Below, piece by piece: positions 1 through 16,900 of a DNA stretch of 64,000 bases. Numbering within the stretch: the first letter of the stretch is position 1; every line of letters starts with the position of its first letter. The stretch lies in NCBI RefSeq assembly GCF_009914755.1, contig NC_060932.1, one strand, 5' to 3'. A program made the translations under genes and the position numbers. Origin of the DNA: the human T2T-CHM13v2.0 reference genome, Homo sapiens. The notes beneath the pieces are model-generated. The model was not told where the DNA came from and ran no database searches. It was given only the letters and a program-made list of their open reading frames with translations.

Positions 1-1289
1 TATTCAGTGGACAAGGTATATTTGAGAAACTTAAGAAAAATTCAGTGGCTAAGTGTAGTGTATGAGACTGGGGAGAGCCTAAGAATAATGAGAAATCACT
101 GAAAGACTTGAAGCAGAAAATTACTTAAGATTAGAGTCTTGGAAAGATCACTTTAGTTACTAAGTGGAGAATAAAGCTGAAGAGAGAGAGCAAACTCTAT
201 GGCAGGAAGGCCTGAACAGAAGGGTACAGGACTAATCCAAGAGAGAAATGATGACGCTGTCAGCAAAGTGGCAGCAGCATCTAAGTAGGAGTAGCTGAGC
301 TATGAGAGTGGTGAATTCACAAGAAGGGTGAGTGCAGAACAAGCTGGGTGAGACTTTCCAAGTCATCATTCCCATGTGAATGCTAATCCTGCAACTTATA
401 TAGCATCACTAGAAGGCACATAGAAATAAATAAAATGCATGCAATAAATTTGAGAAAATGGCAGACTGCAAAGAGAAAAAGAACAGACAAATTGAGAAAA
501 AAAAGGATGATTTGCGCAAACTCATGCCACTAAAAGCCCTGAGGTTTTTCAAACTTTGGGAAAAAAGAAATTTACAACTGCTATTTACCAAATGCTGTCT
601 CCTGATCCAAAGCAAAAAAATCACATACCCTAGGACTAAACCTAGTGAATGGTTACCACATAGTGCCAAATTTATATCTCAACTGCCAAATGGCAAAGCA
701 ATGGTAAAAGTAATTTTCTAATTGCTAGGATAATTAACAGAGTATCATTTGTTTTAGATAAATAAGGCAGCCCCATTTCTAAAATACACATGTTGCTACG
801 TAATTTGATGATGGTTGTAAACTAGTAAACACAAGCATCAAACATTTAGGACATCCACATACACAGCACAGCAATCACTGCCAGTTTCTACACCTCTGAT
901 TTATTCTAAAAACAGACGTTTCTGTTAGGATCATTTTAAAAGACAAACATGTAAAGTAAATTATGGAACAGATGCAAATACAAAAGCTATCTAAATATTA
1001 TTCTGCTGTAAGATAAATCTTATCACTGATATCTTCATATCATAAAATGTTAACAGAAAAAAAGGTCTTAAGGAAGTCCTATAAATTAAAGATGTCTTCT
1101 TGGATTCAGGCTATAAGAAAAAACAAACTTGCATTTGTCTATCTTTGCCTTTTATCATATAGATTTGCGGTGCAGTATAAAGCATTTAAGGTAGTTTTAA
1201 TTTTTCCTATACAACCATGCATGTAAGGCATAGCTAAAATAGTGACAACTGATAAGCCTTTTGCAAAGCTGTGGCTTCAACGTAAGTCC

Positions 1290-1545
1290 AGGAAGCATGG
1301 CATGCAAAAATGAATAAAGGCTTTTAAATCCTGGTTTTGCATTCCGGCTTTGGAAATTTTACTAGGTATTTGTGTTAATTTATTAACGTCTCTGCGTCCG
1401 GGCTTCCAACATCTGTGAAGTGGGAAGTGTAATCCCTATCACACAGGAATGTTTTACAGATTAAAGATAACTGTACAAAGTACATAATACGGTATTTATC
1501 ACATTGGAAAAACTCAACAAATGATAGTTATTATTTATCATCATC
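1290..1545 (+). mobile_element. MIR (degenerate)
   Basis: MIR core-like ttaacgtctctgcg...catctgtgaagtggga...gattaaagataa. Confidence 0.55.
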
Positions 1546-1571
1546 TTATTAAGTTGCTTATATACGTAAGC

Positions 1572-3541
1572 TTTTTTTTTTTTTTTTTTTTCATTTTAAA
1601 ATTTAACTTTTAGATACAGGGGGCCATGTGCAGGTTTGTTACATGGGTATACTGCAGTCAAGTAGTGAGCATGGTACCCAATAGGTAGTTTGTTCTTGAA
1701 CCTGTGCTGCCCGCTCTAGTAGTCTGCAATGTCTACTGTTCCCATGTTTATGTCCACATGTGCTCAATGTTTAGATCCCACTTATAAGTGAGAACATGTG
1801 ATATGTAGTTTTCTGTTCCTACATTAATTCGTTTAGGTTAATGGCCTCTGGCTCCATTCATATTGCTGCAAAGGGCATGACTTCATTCTTTTTCAGGGCT
1901 GTGTGGTATTCCATGGTGTATATGTACCACATTTTCTTTATCCAATCCACCACTGATAGGCACCTAGGTTGATTCCATGTCTTCGCTATTGTGAATGGCA
2001 TGGCAATGAACATACAACTTCATGTATCTTTTTGGTATGATAATCTATTTTCCTTTGTGTATAGATCTAGTAATGGGATTGCTGGGCCTAATGGTAGCTC
2101 TGTTTTAAGTTGAGAAATTTCCAAACTGCATTCCACAGTGTATAAGCATTGCTTTTTCTCTGCAAATTTGTCAGTATCTATTGTCTTTTGACTTTTTAAT
2201 AACAGCCATTCTGAGTGGTGTGAGACAGTATCTCATTGTGGTTGTGATTTGCGTTTCTCTGATGATTAGTAATGATAAGCATTTTTTCATGTTTGTTGGC
2301 TGCTTGTATGTCTTATTTTGAAAAATGTCTGTTCATGTCCTTTGCCTACTTTTTGATGGGACTGATTTTTGCTTTGAATTAAGCTCCTTATAGATCCTGG
2401 ATATTAGACCTTTGTCAGATGCATAGTTTATGAGTATTTTCTCCCATTCTGTAGATTGTCTATTTACTCTGCTGGTAGTTTCTTTTGCTGTGCAGAAGCT
2501 CTTTAATTAGGTCCCACTTGTCAGTTTTTATTTTTATTACAACTGCTTTTGGAGACTTAGCCAAAAATTCTCTGCTAAGGCTGATGCTGAGGATGGTATT
2601 TCCTAGGTTTTTCTCTAGAATTTTTATAGTTTTAGGTTTTATAATTAAATTCTTAATCCATATTGAGTTAACTTTTGTATATGAGGAAAGGTAAGGGTCC
2701 CATTTCATTCTTCTGCATATGGCTAGCCAACTATCCCAGCACTATTTCTTGCATAGGGAATCCTTTCCCCATTAATTGTTTTCGTTGGACTTGTGGAAGA
2801 TCAGATGATTATAGGTATGTGGCTTAATTTCTGAGCTTCCTATTCCATTCCATCAGTCTACGTGTCTGTTTTTTGTATCAGTGCCATGCTGTTTTCTTTA
2901 TTGTAGCCTGACAGTATAGTTTGAATTTGGGTAGTGTGACGCCTCTGGCTTTGTTTTTTGCTTAGGATTGCTTTGGCTACTTGGGCTGTTCTTTGGTTCC
3001 ATATGATTTTTAGAATAGTTTTTTCTAATTTTTTGAAGAATGATGTTGATTGTTGGATAGGAATAGCACTGAACCTGTAAACTGCTTTGGGCAGTATGGC
3101 CACTTTAATGATACTGATTCTTCCAATCCATGAGCATGGAATATTATTCCATTTGTTTGTATCATCTCTGATTTCTTTCAGCAGTGTTTTATAGTTTTCC
3201 TTGTAGAGATCTTTCATCTCTCTGGGATAGCTATATCCCCAGCTATTTCATTTTATTTGTGGCTACTGTAAATGGGATTGAGATCTTGATTTGACTCTCA
3301 GCCTGGATGCTCATGGTGTATAGAAATGCCACTGATTTTTGTACATGGATTTTGTATACTGAAACCTTGCTAAAATCGTTTATCAGTTCTAGCAGCCTTT
3401 TGGTGGTGTCTTTACGGTTTTTTATACTTAGAATAAAATCATAGTGTCAGTGAAGAGAGGTAGTTTGACTTGTTTTTTTTCCCTATCCAGATGCCTTTTA
3501 TTTCTTTTTCTTGCCTGACTGCTCTAGCTAGAACTTCCTCA
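1572..3541 (-). mobile_element. 5'-truncated older primate LINE-1 (old L1PA/L1PB-type), 3' ~2 kb
   Basis: Poly-T head and L1 3'UTR. ORF2 C-terminal fragments [23 protein letters not shown] and [15 protein letters not shown]. Confidence 0.88.
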
Positions 3542-3549
3542 TGTTATTT

Positions 3550-4540
3550 CTTAGTGGTCATTTATCAGTCCTTATCTTATCTGACCTTATTAGCATTATT
3601 TGGTATCGATGATCACTTCTTCCTCCTTAAAATGTTTTCTTCCTTGGCATCTAGTTCACCACACTCCTTATTTTCCTCCTCCCTAGCTGGTTACCCCTTC
3701 TCAGTCCTTGCTGGTTGGTTTTCATTCTCTTGACATTGGAGTACTCCAAAAGTCTGTCCTTAAACCTCTTTTCTACATTGTCTAACTCATTCCTTTGGTG
3801 AGCTCATGCAGTCTTGTAGCTTTAAATAGCACCCATGAACTGACAACTCCCCAGTTATATCTCCAACCTAGTCCTCTTTGCTAACTTCCATACTGTGGAG
3901 GTTACTGGTTACTATATGGAGTAAATGACATATAGTCATATGCTATAATCCAACTGCCTATGTGACATCACTACATGATATATGTAAGACTTCTCATGCT
4001 TTTCTCCTGTCTAAAATGGAGCTCCCCCTAGTGCTTCCCTTGAAACATATGCTGCAGAATTTCTTGTTAATGACAACGCCATCCTTTTAGTTACTCAGGC
4101 CAAAAACTTTGGGAGTCTTTCTTCATTCCCATCTTTTTCCCACACACTATGCTCAACCCATCAGACTATTTCTCTTGGAGACTATGCCTCCAAAATATAT
4201 CCAGAATCCAATCACTTCTCACCACATCTACTGTCACCTACTTGAAGACAGTATCCTCTCTCAGCTGGCTAGTGGCAACAGCCTTCTACTAGGTCTCCTT
4301 GCTTCCAGTATAATCCCCTTAGAGTAACACAACATGACAGCAGAGTAATCCTGTTAAAACCTAAGTTAGGTATACAAATCTTGTGCTCAAAATCTTCCAG
4401 TGGGTCTTCATCTCACTCTAAGAAGAAACTGAAGTGTTTAAAATGTTCTAGAAGGCCATAAGCAATCTCCCTGACTACATCCCACCCCACAACTTTCCAA
4501 CTTCACCTTTTCCTCTCCCCTTTCTTCACTCCACTCCACT
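3550..4540 (+). mobile_element. L2 fragment
   Basis: Pyrimidine-rich L2-like motifs (cttatctgacc...gatcacttcttcctcc, tgacaactccc, ccaaaatatatccagaatc, ctaggtctccttgcttcc). Confidence 0.65.
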
Positions 4541-5121
4541 TCATGCAACTCAAATGCCACAATTATCAGTTAGCTAGAACCACTGAGAATTAAAGTAACT
4601 TCTGAAAAAATTAAGTTAGTAACAAAATATGAATATTTAATTTCATACATAACTTCTTAATAAATCCAAACAATGATGGAAGGTAAAATCTTCCTAAGGA
4701 TTAATATTAGAATTAAAAGTTCTTATGGATTCATAATGTAGCTATCTGCTTTGGAAGACCTATATACTGTTATGTGCCTGGAATACAAAAATTTAATGAC
4801 TACATCTTTTGATTTCCCCACTGAGCAATAAAATCATGACAACTATCAGTATGTCTAGATGTATTATCACATACTTAATCCAAATGGAATTTTAGCATTT
4901 ACATTTTAATATAAAATATATGTTGTTATCTCACAAATGACTGCTGGGTACATAAGAAAAGGTTTCCTTGCTCTGATAATGCTGGGGAAGTTTTTCAAGT
5001 TATAACTACCATCTAGACAGAATAGCCTAGCATCTAGCTCACCTTTCATCTAAAAGCATAAAATATAAATATTTTTAATTTCTTAGGACTATTATTATTA
5101 TTGAACAAAATTTTTAAATGA

Positions 5122-5484
<363 letters not shown>

Positions 5485-7600
5485 TGGACAATACTTTTTG
5501 AAAGAAAAAAGACTGGTCCTGAAAACACTTGCCACGATCTTTTACTCTTACACATGTTCCAAAATAATAGTTATTTACTTGTGTATCTGTCTCCTAACTC
5601 ACTGTGAGTTCACTGAGAAAAGAGAACATTCCTTAATTTTATGTTTTAAAGGCTTAACAAAGCACCTTACATATAATAGGGTATTTTTTAAAAAAAAGAA
5701 TGAATGAGAGTTATTGTCAGCTTTTGATTTACATTTCTAAAGGTCAAGAGAGGACAAGGATAATCCGACATGGTGAATTTAAATTTGTGTGACAAATTTA
5801 CACTGACACTTCAATACAAGCATGTGTGATGTTCGATGCATTTCCTAAGGAAGAATAAAATCACAACTGTGAAGCTGTAAGTCCTCAGAGAGCCCTCTAA
5901 ACTGTGACATACAGTGTATTTTGTTTTTCTGTAAGATGAAGAACCAGTTTGGCCTAGACCAACTCCTTTGGGACTTTCTAGATTACCATGACTGACTTGT
6001 CCTGATTTGCCCAGTACTTTCCTGATCCTAGGAAACCCATTGATCTCAGCAAACTAAGACGGTTGGTCACCCTACCTTAGCCAGGCAATGTAAATCAGTT
6101 TCTTTGTTTCTGGATCTGTCCAGAATGAGAAAATTGTGTGTGCGTGTGCATATGCTATCAGGTGACATATTGTACTCTACTTTTAGTAGTAAGATTGTTC
6201 AATGTACCATCAGTTTTGTAATCAGTTTTCTTAAGTACTACCTCTCTGAACTCATGTGTTCTACATATCATCCTTGTAATTTTTTTTAACTTCCTGCATC
6301 TTTCTGTGTCCAGGTCTGGCTTCACAAATAAAGTATTGTATATGTATTTTCTCAGTTTAACCAGTCTCAATATCAGTTACTTTACATTTATTCACCATCC
6401 TCTCCCCAATAACTCCTTTTTAAATTATAAAATTACCACATTCCCTCTAAAAATTCAAACAGTAGAGAAAATACTATAATATAAACGTTTATTATTTTTT
6501 CCCTCCAGCCAAACAAGCCCTCTTCCCAAATGTAATCACTATTTACAGTTGCACAATGATCATTTCAGATATTTTTCCATGTATATGAACATGTATTTGT
6601 TTTCTCTCTGAGTTCTTTTTGTTGCTGTTTTTTCCCACACAAATAGGAATGTTATTATATTCTTCTATGATTAGCTTCTTTCCTCTTAATATTAGTACAT
6701 ATCTGTCTGTCTTATTCTTTGTAAGAGCTGTACAGTATTTCCATTGTGTGGCTGTACCATAATTATTTAGTAATGTTCTACTTTTGCTCTGTCTTATCAA
6801 AACATATTTCATTTGATCTATCATTTGGTTAAGATCAATAAGTTTCCCTTCTAAAAATAAAATATTACATTAGCCATTAAAATGGAATTCTTAGGAAAAT
6901 ACAATAAACACATAATTAGCTTTATTAAATTTCTATCAGGCACAGAGACATGATTAATCTGCTAAGAAACTAAGAAGCAACGAGCTTAGTAGCTCTTTGA
7001 GAGAGTGATATTTAGATGAGAACCCTAAACAAATTAACAGCTAGAGAATCGATATAGGCATGAGTCCATGGAAATAAATATATTTCATTGCTAATGCTGT
7101 CTTTCAAAGGGATTTTTAAGTAGTACCATAATGAAGATCAGGCACTCTCATTGAAGTTACTTAACTTTTGGAACACTAGAATGATAATTTAAAAGAGAAA
7201 CCTTGTGGAAAATAAATATTGATTAACGAGGTGAGATGAAAGGAAAAAAGCTGTTTTATTCACTTCTTTATCAAAAAGTATGACTCCTCCAATTTGTCTC
7301 TTCTGCAGATGACATGACTAGATTCTCTAATAGCCGTATGTTTTCTCTCCCATTACGAGTCTTTCTCTCTGGTCCTGGACCTCTTGGTCAGCGGTTCTTT
7401 CAAGCACTGTTCTTAGAGCTAAACGCATCTAACGACAGATATAGTCTCATCACAGTGGATCATGGCATGATACTACTCCTAAAACCTAAGGCTGTTTAAC
7501 ATATTAATGTCTTTAATTCACGGTTTTTGTAATGGGGGAGATGGGTGACAACAGTGCTGACTTCCTCACAAAGTTGTCTTCTGGTTAAAATGACACAGAA

Positions 7601-7903
7601 CCTTTACAGCGACATGGATGCAGCTGGAAGCCATTATCCTAAGTGAACTAATGCAGGAACAACAAACCAAACACAGGTTCTCACTTATAAGAGGGAGCTA
7701 AACAGTGAATACACCTGAACACAACGATGGGAAAACAGGCACCGGGGACTGCTTGAGAGGGGAGTTGGCCGGATGGCTACCCGTTGGGTATTATGCTCAC
7801 TACCTTGGTGATGGGATCATTCGTAAGCCAAGCCTCAGTAACGCACAATTTACCCAAGCAACAAACCTGTAAATGTACCCACTCCTGAACCTAAAATAAA
7901 AGT
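7601..7903 (+). mobile_element. LINE-1 3' end fragment (old L1PA)
   Basis: catggatgcagctggaagccattatcctaagtgaacta ... aacctaaaataaaag. Confidence 0.8.
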
Positions 7904-8209
7904 AGGGGGGACAACAAGAATCAGAGGAAGGGACAGGAGGAACAAGATAGAAAAAAAAGACATGTAGGATGCAACCAAATTTTTTATATCTGAGATGCTG
8001 TAAAATGAACAACAATAATTCATTAGCTGGAGTGTGGCTCTCTATATATCAAATAAATTATTTTGACTTTGATAAAAGATCTTCAATCTGTACTGAGTCT
8101 AAGCCAGTGTCCAGTGCAAGATGTAGAAAATAGAAAACATAAGCAATGACTAAATAAAATAAAATGACATAGCATATACAAAAAATTTTAAATACCAATA
8201 TTTTATTAA

Positions 8210-8425
8210 AAATAACAGCTAAAATTTGGGCATTTTCTATGTACTAAGCACTTTTCTAAGTGCATTATATGTATTAACTTGTTTATACAGCAACTACCTT
8301 AGCTAGAAACACTATTACTTCCACACAACAAATGAGGGAACTAAGGAACAGGGTGATTAACACGGCAAGTTAAAAGCAGAGTCAGGAGTCAAATCCAGGC
8401 AGTCTGACTTAGAAACTCTCATTCT
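8210..8425 (-). mobile_element. MIR
   Basis: ctaagtgcatt...aaatgagggaactaagg...aaatccaggcagtctgact. Confidence 0.6.
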
Positions 8426-9240
8426 GCATTTCTAATTTTCCTTTGTGTGGGGGCTCAGGTTCTAGATAGGATGTTCAGAAATGGACTAATATAGCTGAGG
8501 GGCAAGAATTACTCTTGGCAGGCAGGGATCTCCTTGGTTCTGACAACTTTAGCATTCTGATCCATAGGTCAGTAGACATTAAACTCTATCAATAATGACA
8601 GTGTGACTGTTCCATTGGATAAGCGCCCCAGAAATGTGGAACTCCTTCATAACAGAAGCTGCCTAAAAATAGTTTAATATAGCAGGACAAAAAAGAATAA
8701 CAATATTGAAATTGGAAAGAATAATTGATTCTGCCTCCTTCCCAGTGCAGGATTTTTCTAGATATCTCTAACAGACAGTCACTTGGTCTCTTCTTGAACT
8801 AAACTCCCCTGCAGTTACTTCAACTGCTTATTAGAGAAGAATTTTCTGACTACCTTCTTGGTTACACTCTGGTTGGTCAACATCCCTTCTTAAAATGTGA
8901 CACCCTAAATTGAGCACTAAATCCAAATATGGTCTGATCTAAACAAGCGAGCTCTCTCTCTCTTAAGCAGAACCTGTCAGAGCTGTCATAGCGAAGGTTC
9001 TAACACTGCATTGGGAGGTTGAACTAGTTGCCATTAAGTCCCCATCCAAGTAAGATTCTATGAATCCTAGATAGATTACATGAACAGAGATAAAATAGCA
9101 ATTGATATTTCATAGCCTCAGAAAGGATGTTCTTCCAAAGTAATGGAAGTACTCATCTTTAGGAAGGCATTTTAACAGCTAAAGAATTTATGAAATATAA
9201 AACAAGGTTTCTGTAATTCAAGTTGCCACAAATAGTAAAC

Positions 9241-9498
<258 letters not shown>

Positions 9499-10844
9499 TA
9501 AAGTGAGAATATAAAGGACTATCTTTATTTTAAATGTATGTATTAAGAAGAGAAAGAGAAGGGAAGGGAGAAGAGCAGATAAGATTGAACAAGAAATCCA
9601 TAGGGTAATCTTTGTGAGAATAAAGCTCTGAATGCCAACTTAATTCAATTTTAACGTCACATTATCATTGTGGAATCTTCAAGGGGATTTTTCAGCGGCC
9701 AGCAATTTGTGTTTCTCTTTTCCAGCCTCAGAATCAGCAGAAGAATTAAAACGTGTGGTGAAAATGAGTTTCTAGCATGCTCTCACAAGATTTGTGTGAA
9801 CAAAAATGCTGAGTACTCTCAAGGTGCAACATTAGGTTTTCATCATCGAATGAGAAATAGCTGGTAGATTTTATGAAAAGAAAAAAATCAAAGGTTTCTT
9901 GGTCTGATGTAACTTGATGTTTCACACTTCATGAAAGGAGAAAAATTTTCACACTACCCAAACTGCACATAAATTCCTTTTTGTAACTAATATTTTCAAT
10001 CTTAGGTTTTCATATCTAAGCATCAAAGATTCTACGTAATGGACAACAGATAGAGGTCTTCTTGAAAGAAGAAACCACTTGCACTGATCGGCATTTAATA
10101 ATTACATAGGAGGGAATCGGTCCACCTTAGATCATTAGATAGTCATTTTAACTGCAAACTGGGAAAGTGACAAATTCCTTCAGCTGATTTTAATGTGGCT
10201 AAGAGCTCTAGGATTCTGCAGATATGCTGTCACCTCAAAGTTCCTTAAGTGATAAAGTCTTTGTTGTTTCTGCATTTCTATAATGAATGTGGCAGCCAAA
10301 AACAGCCAGGAGCAGAGACGTCTAGTTCTGTTCCCTGCCCACAGCCTTCTCTCCCAATTCTAATGGGTATTGAACACTGTCTGAAAGTAGATTATTTTAT
10401 GGAGCATTTTTATAATATTCAAAAGTAGGGTATTATGTTACTATTAACAAATTAAAGCATTTTTTTTATAAAATCAAAATATAAAACATTTTATATTTAG
10501 AATTGGTCTATTTCCAAATTTACCAGTTTAGTTATCCAAATATGCATTTCAAGTGATTATGCATAGTATTTACAGTGCTTTCTTGAAGCTTTACTCTTGA
10601 TGGCATTCTTAGTAGAGAAAAACATTTCTTTAAATTAGTCACTGAAAACATTCTTTTAAAAGGCAGAATAATATGAAGATTTTTGATACTTCTAGAAATT
10701 TGTTTTCATAACACAATCCTAATTTAACTGAATGAGATGAGTGAATGGATTAATATGCATATGTGTGAGACAGAGAAGCAAGCTTGAGTGATAATCTCTT
10801 TAATAAAAGAAAAAAAAGGCAGTGATAAAGAAAAAATAACCAGG

Positions 10845-11474
<630 letters not shown>

Positions 11475-13467
11475 CTAGAAATGGTATACAATGAATTAAG
11501 AAATAGTTTACATTGGTTTTATATTGTGGCCAAACAATTGTTTTAATAATGTCAATTCAAAGTTACAGATAATTTCAGAATTCTTAAATCCATAATTAAC
11601 TCATCACTTTCTTTTTGCCATTTCTCATCAGGCTGGAAGAATTTCCTGAAATCAGACTTCTGTTTGCACCTAAACAAGCCTTTTTTTACACAATATAGTC
11701 TTTTACTTAAATAACTTTTTGTAGAATACTCTACTGTCAAATGATATTAACTGAACAGTCTGTTCAAACCAAAGGGTACTCAAATCATAATCATTACAGA
11801 GATATTTTAAAATATCTTTATCATGTAATATTTAATCCATAGAAACATGTAAGTTATAAAGCATATATTAAAACATCATCCAGCATCCATTCAGTTGGAG
11901 AACTGGGACATCGGCAATACCACAGAAGCTATCTTGTGTGTTTCTTCCTGCTCTTTTTCCTTTGCCCCTCTGTGACATGGGTGTTTTTCCAGCTACTGCT
12001 GTAGTTGTAATCCACTCTACTAATGTAAAGTTCGGTTTACTTGTAAAGGCAGAAAGAACACTTTAAACTTCGATTCTAACAATTTTAAAAACAGATGCTG
12101 AAGTGTCATATTTGTAATTTGGCTTCTAAATTTTTAATAATGACTCACACTCACGGCCAAAGGATTTAGTACCAACTCCCTTCCGGTCCCTTGAGCAGTC
12201 TAAAGTGGAAAACAGCAGGAAACTTGTGCTTCTGGATAGGAAGGCAGGACAATTCAAAGCTAGGAGAGTGGCTAAATAGAGGTAAATGGACAACTAAGTT
12301 TTATCGTCTTGCTGCTTTTTAGCACTGTGGTCGGTCCCCTTCTACTAAAAATTCATTTCTCCAGCAGAGAAAACAGCGCACTTGGCATTGGTACTAATTA
12401 CCCTTACCAGTAGAAATGTCATGCTTGACAAAATAGAGATTGTTTTCGTAGAAGCAATTCCCTAATGAAAAATAAAAAAGACATTTTCAAGTCCTTATTG
12501 GTACAAAATGAATATACATAAGCATAAAGATTTTATACAATATATCCCAACATAAGGAGGCAAGAAAACTTGCTCTAAGGGATTTTGGCACTACAGTAAG
12601 ATATGCATTGCTCAGCAAGACGTACTCCGAAGAAGTGACTTGATTAGATATATAATTGAACCTGAAGTATTTGAAGAGTTCCCTAACGCAGACTTACTGC
12701 ATTTTGACCTTCTTGTAATCCCAAGTAGCATCTGAGCTAGGATCCATAAAAGTTGGAAATTTAAAACTGGTATGACCTTTTATCTACCAAGATTTGGCAA
12801 GAATGGAGGGTGATAAAGGTCACTATAGGCCATAGAGAGCCAGATATGTACCCCCAGGTAATGCTAACACTTCCTTTCTTAAAGGGGAAAAGGGCTCTAC
12901 ATAAACTTCACTGCAGATGCCATGAGTGTTCTATCCAGTGTGAGGATACAGTCACTTAGGAAATTCAATTCTGCATTATGGGTAATTGCTACTAACTCTG
13001 CTGAAAAATAAGTAACAAAATATATTATAATCTTGAAATGTTAGAGTCGAAAGGTACTTTAGAGCTCACATGGCCCAAATTCTTCATTTTTTTAGGCTAA
13101 AAAAATTGAGAACTCAGAGATATGATAAAATTTGCCATGAACACATGGCTAATAACAGCTGAAACTTAAAATCAGATCTTCTAGCTTCAAGTTCCTGCTT
13201 TTTCCCACAATACCATGACCCCAAAAGATGCACATAAAATTATGTTTTTGCATTTCAAGGGGGAAAATACTTAAATTGTAAGATATAAATTCAAAAGAAC
13301 TGAACATATCTAAAGACGTAAATACATTTGGGAAGATATTTTAAAATCCTCACTTATTCTTCCAAGTAACTATCAACGAATCATTTTCAGTAATAAAGCT
13401 GAAAAAAAGATGGAATCTTTCTTGCCCAATAGATAATAAGCATTGAGTTATATTTTCTTTTAATCAG

Positions 13468-13962
13468 GTATTTCAGTTATCTATTACTACATAACAAACC
13501 ACCCCAACAGCAGTGAATTACCTGGGCAGGTCTTCAGCTCTATGTGGTATGAGCTACGGTGCTAGGATGGCTGATGTCACCCTAAAGATGGATCGGGAAC
13601 TCAGATGGGGTTAAATTGTCTGGGACGTGTGAATAGTTAGAATCATTAAGAAGCTTCCATACGAACTCAGGTGGGTCTGTTGGCTAGGGGCCTCAGTTCT
13701 TCATGTGGACCTCGTCACATGGCTGCTTGGGCTGCCTTATGACATGGCAGCTGGGTTCCAAGAAGAATTACAAAAAAAGAAACTAGCAGCTGCCAGGCCA
13801 ACTCAGGGGCGTGTCCTGAAAAGGACAGAGTATCACTTGTGCCTTATTTTATTCAAAGCAGTCCCAGGCTAAGCCCAGAGTCAGTGTGGCAGGGGGCTAG
13901 ACAAGGGCATGAGTAATAAAAGGGACGGTTTATTGAGGCATCTCCAAATAACAACCTACCAC
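13468..13962 (-). mobile_element. Old MaLR (MLT1-type) LTR
   Basis: agttatctattactacataacaaaccacccc ... gcttgggctgccttatgacatggcagctgggttccaaga ... ctaccaca. Confidence 0.6.
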
Positions 13963-16900
13963 ATAAAGATTGTTAAAATCCTGGCCAAACACAGTATTTG
14001 GAAAAAAGTTATACTGAGAGACGGGGGTACTGATCAAGAATAATGAGAAACTCTACAACCCTAAAACTTAAATGTAGATACAAAGAATTACACTAATCCT
14101 CCATCTTTCTTGTTCTTCACTGGATGGGGTTTATGGAATTCCATATATGGCATTATTTTCAGCCAGATATTAATTTTTAATCAACACGTGTTTAAAAATG
14201 GGCATATATCTCAAGAATGTATTTCTGAATTTATAAGCTGCTAATTTAGACAAATTTATTTATTAAATGTGACACTGGGTGAAGAGAGGGGAAGGCCAAG
14301 CTCCAACTGAATTAATTAAATTATATGCTTTATAGATTACAAGACAATCTACAGGTTATTTTATCCAAAGGCAGCTGGGACAGAGCTTGGATAATAAGGA
14401 CATTTAAGTGGAGAGAAGGGGAACACTGGAGTACTTAAAAGTATGTAAGTGTCCATTCTAGATACATTTGAAAGTTTCAGAAAAAATTATCAAAGGAGTA
14501 GGAATCTAATTTTCTAAAGGTTACTGTGTGCTACAAACTGTACTAGGTATACTGACCACATTATTTCACTTAATCCTCTCAAATGCCTTGTGGAAAGGGT
14601 ATGGTTATTTCCATTTGAGAGTGAGTAAATTAAAAACTCTAGAGCCATAGACACACACTTGGAAAGCAGAATAGAACCCAATCCCTCTGACCTTACAGTC
14701 TATTTGCCCTATCACAGTTTTTCTATGGTGTCTTCAAGGTACAGCACTAAATTCACTAAATTCTACTTTATTTCTGATTGATTTCCTTTTGAAAGTAGTT
14801 TTCAAACACTTTACTTTTCTCTGTTTCCAGTCATCTTCATTATTAACTATTTGGAAGCAAATATTTACAGGAAGTTGACACTTAAAGAAATCCTTAAGTT
14901 TTCTGAATTAAAATCATGTTCCTCCAATTACCTGCTCATCTAAATTTGTGGTTTCTTACAGAAGGGTATACTAAATACTAAAGCGTTAAAACTAAAAGGG
15001 CCAGGAAAAAACACTGTCACCTTAAATCAGCACTTTATAACTGTATCACCGCAAAAGGAATACTGTATCATTTTAATGCATTAGCTTCAATGTCTTCCAT
15101 AATGTCTTAATCATTCTACCAATGTTTGAGCTCCCCGTTAACCAGTACCATCAACCATATAGTTATCTCCCATGACACTAAGCACAGTGACCCACACATG
15201 GTAGGTATTAAGTGTTGGTGGAATGAATGAATGAAAGGAGCAGAGGGAAACCTGAAATACTCAAAATTACATTGGAGATGTTATTTTAAAAGCACCTATC
15301 AAATATTAGTTACTTTTAATTGGTGACATATACTAGTAGCAACAGTAGGCAGAGTAGATATATTCAAAGATACATATTATTTCTATTTGGAAATATGTGC
15401 CATAGTCCCTAACCCCTACCTATTGCCTATTAAGATGAGGAATGGATAATTTTGGACATTTATTTTGGAAGGGGATAAAGACACCTAGAAAAGGAGAATA
15501 ACACAGAGAGGAACCACAAAGAACTCTCAAAAGAGTTGACTGTTGGACTAATTTTATTCAAATATTTATTTTCATTTATTATAAAAGGTATCCTTACGAA
15601 AATTAACACTGGAAAACAAGAGAATATTACCACCTTAAATTTAGATATCAAACAAGGCCAGAACATGTGGATAATAGCTAATAAAACATCTGATACTGAT
15701 ATAAAACACTGTAAAGGGAGATTAAAGATCAAAAAATCCAAGTTTGAAAATAAAGGAATAAAGAATTCTAGAAAGGCAACAACCTATTTTCAGGTTCTGG
15801 TTCACCTAATGGCAATAATGAATTGTGGACTGTTATGACTAATCATACTGGGCAGAAGGTAGAAGATGACTAAATAACATCTATGTCCCTATGTTTCTAA
15901 AAGTGGTCATCATTATAACACGTATATAATTGCATAAAAGTATCATTTTAGAGCAACAACAAAAGGTAGCATTTTAGAACAAAAAAAAATTCTGCTTTTA
16001 GGGAAAAAAAAAGCCAGTAAAATTTCTAGTGTAGCCAGGAGCCAATTTTGATTTATGTGTAAAATAAAAGCATAGTAACAATATAAACTGTATAAAACCT
16101 TATTGATGTTTTATAATTTTCAGAATTCTAAAGGTTAGGAAAACAATTGTCTTTGGGAAACAAAATATTAACTTCTCACATATTACCTAATTAGATAATC
16201 ATCAAGTCACAGTATAGAATTAAGAGTACTTAAAATTTACACTCTCATTGTATAATCCCACATATTACATTAAAAAAAAACCTAAAGTCTCAAACCCCCA
16301 CATATCTCTAGGCAAATTCCCCACCTACTAACCACTGTATAAGAGACATTTCTTTTCCAAAAACATTTCAAAATTAACATTTTCATGGGCTTTTTAAATT
16401 TACAAACCAGGAACTGTAGTAAAAACTAAGAAAAGGGCTCAGTTAAGCAATAATACAGTAATTTAGGAAACTTCCAAAAAAGGATTCGCTTCTACGCTGT
16501 GTTCTAAAATGAAATTCAGGAAATAAACTTTATATGCCTGATTTACTACATATGAAAAAGTACCTTTATCATCTCATTAATACACAATCTGACTTTCTAA
16601 TTCTAAATAAACACATACAAATGTTCTAAAAAAGGACTACATATCTACTAGGACAGATACTTGTAATTTTAGCAGCTAGATTTGTTTTCTTGATAACAAC
16701 AGGAAGAAAATAAAAACAAACTGACATAACCAAGGGATCTTGTCCCAATCTCCATTAGCACCCAGAACATTTAACACCTTGTGGCTTTACTGCAACTGGT
16801 ACATTTAATAAGAATTACTCTGTGCCGTAAATGAGAATAATATCTAAATAGGAATTATTCAATTCAAACCACACAGATGAGCAATTGTTAATTATTTCTT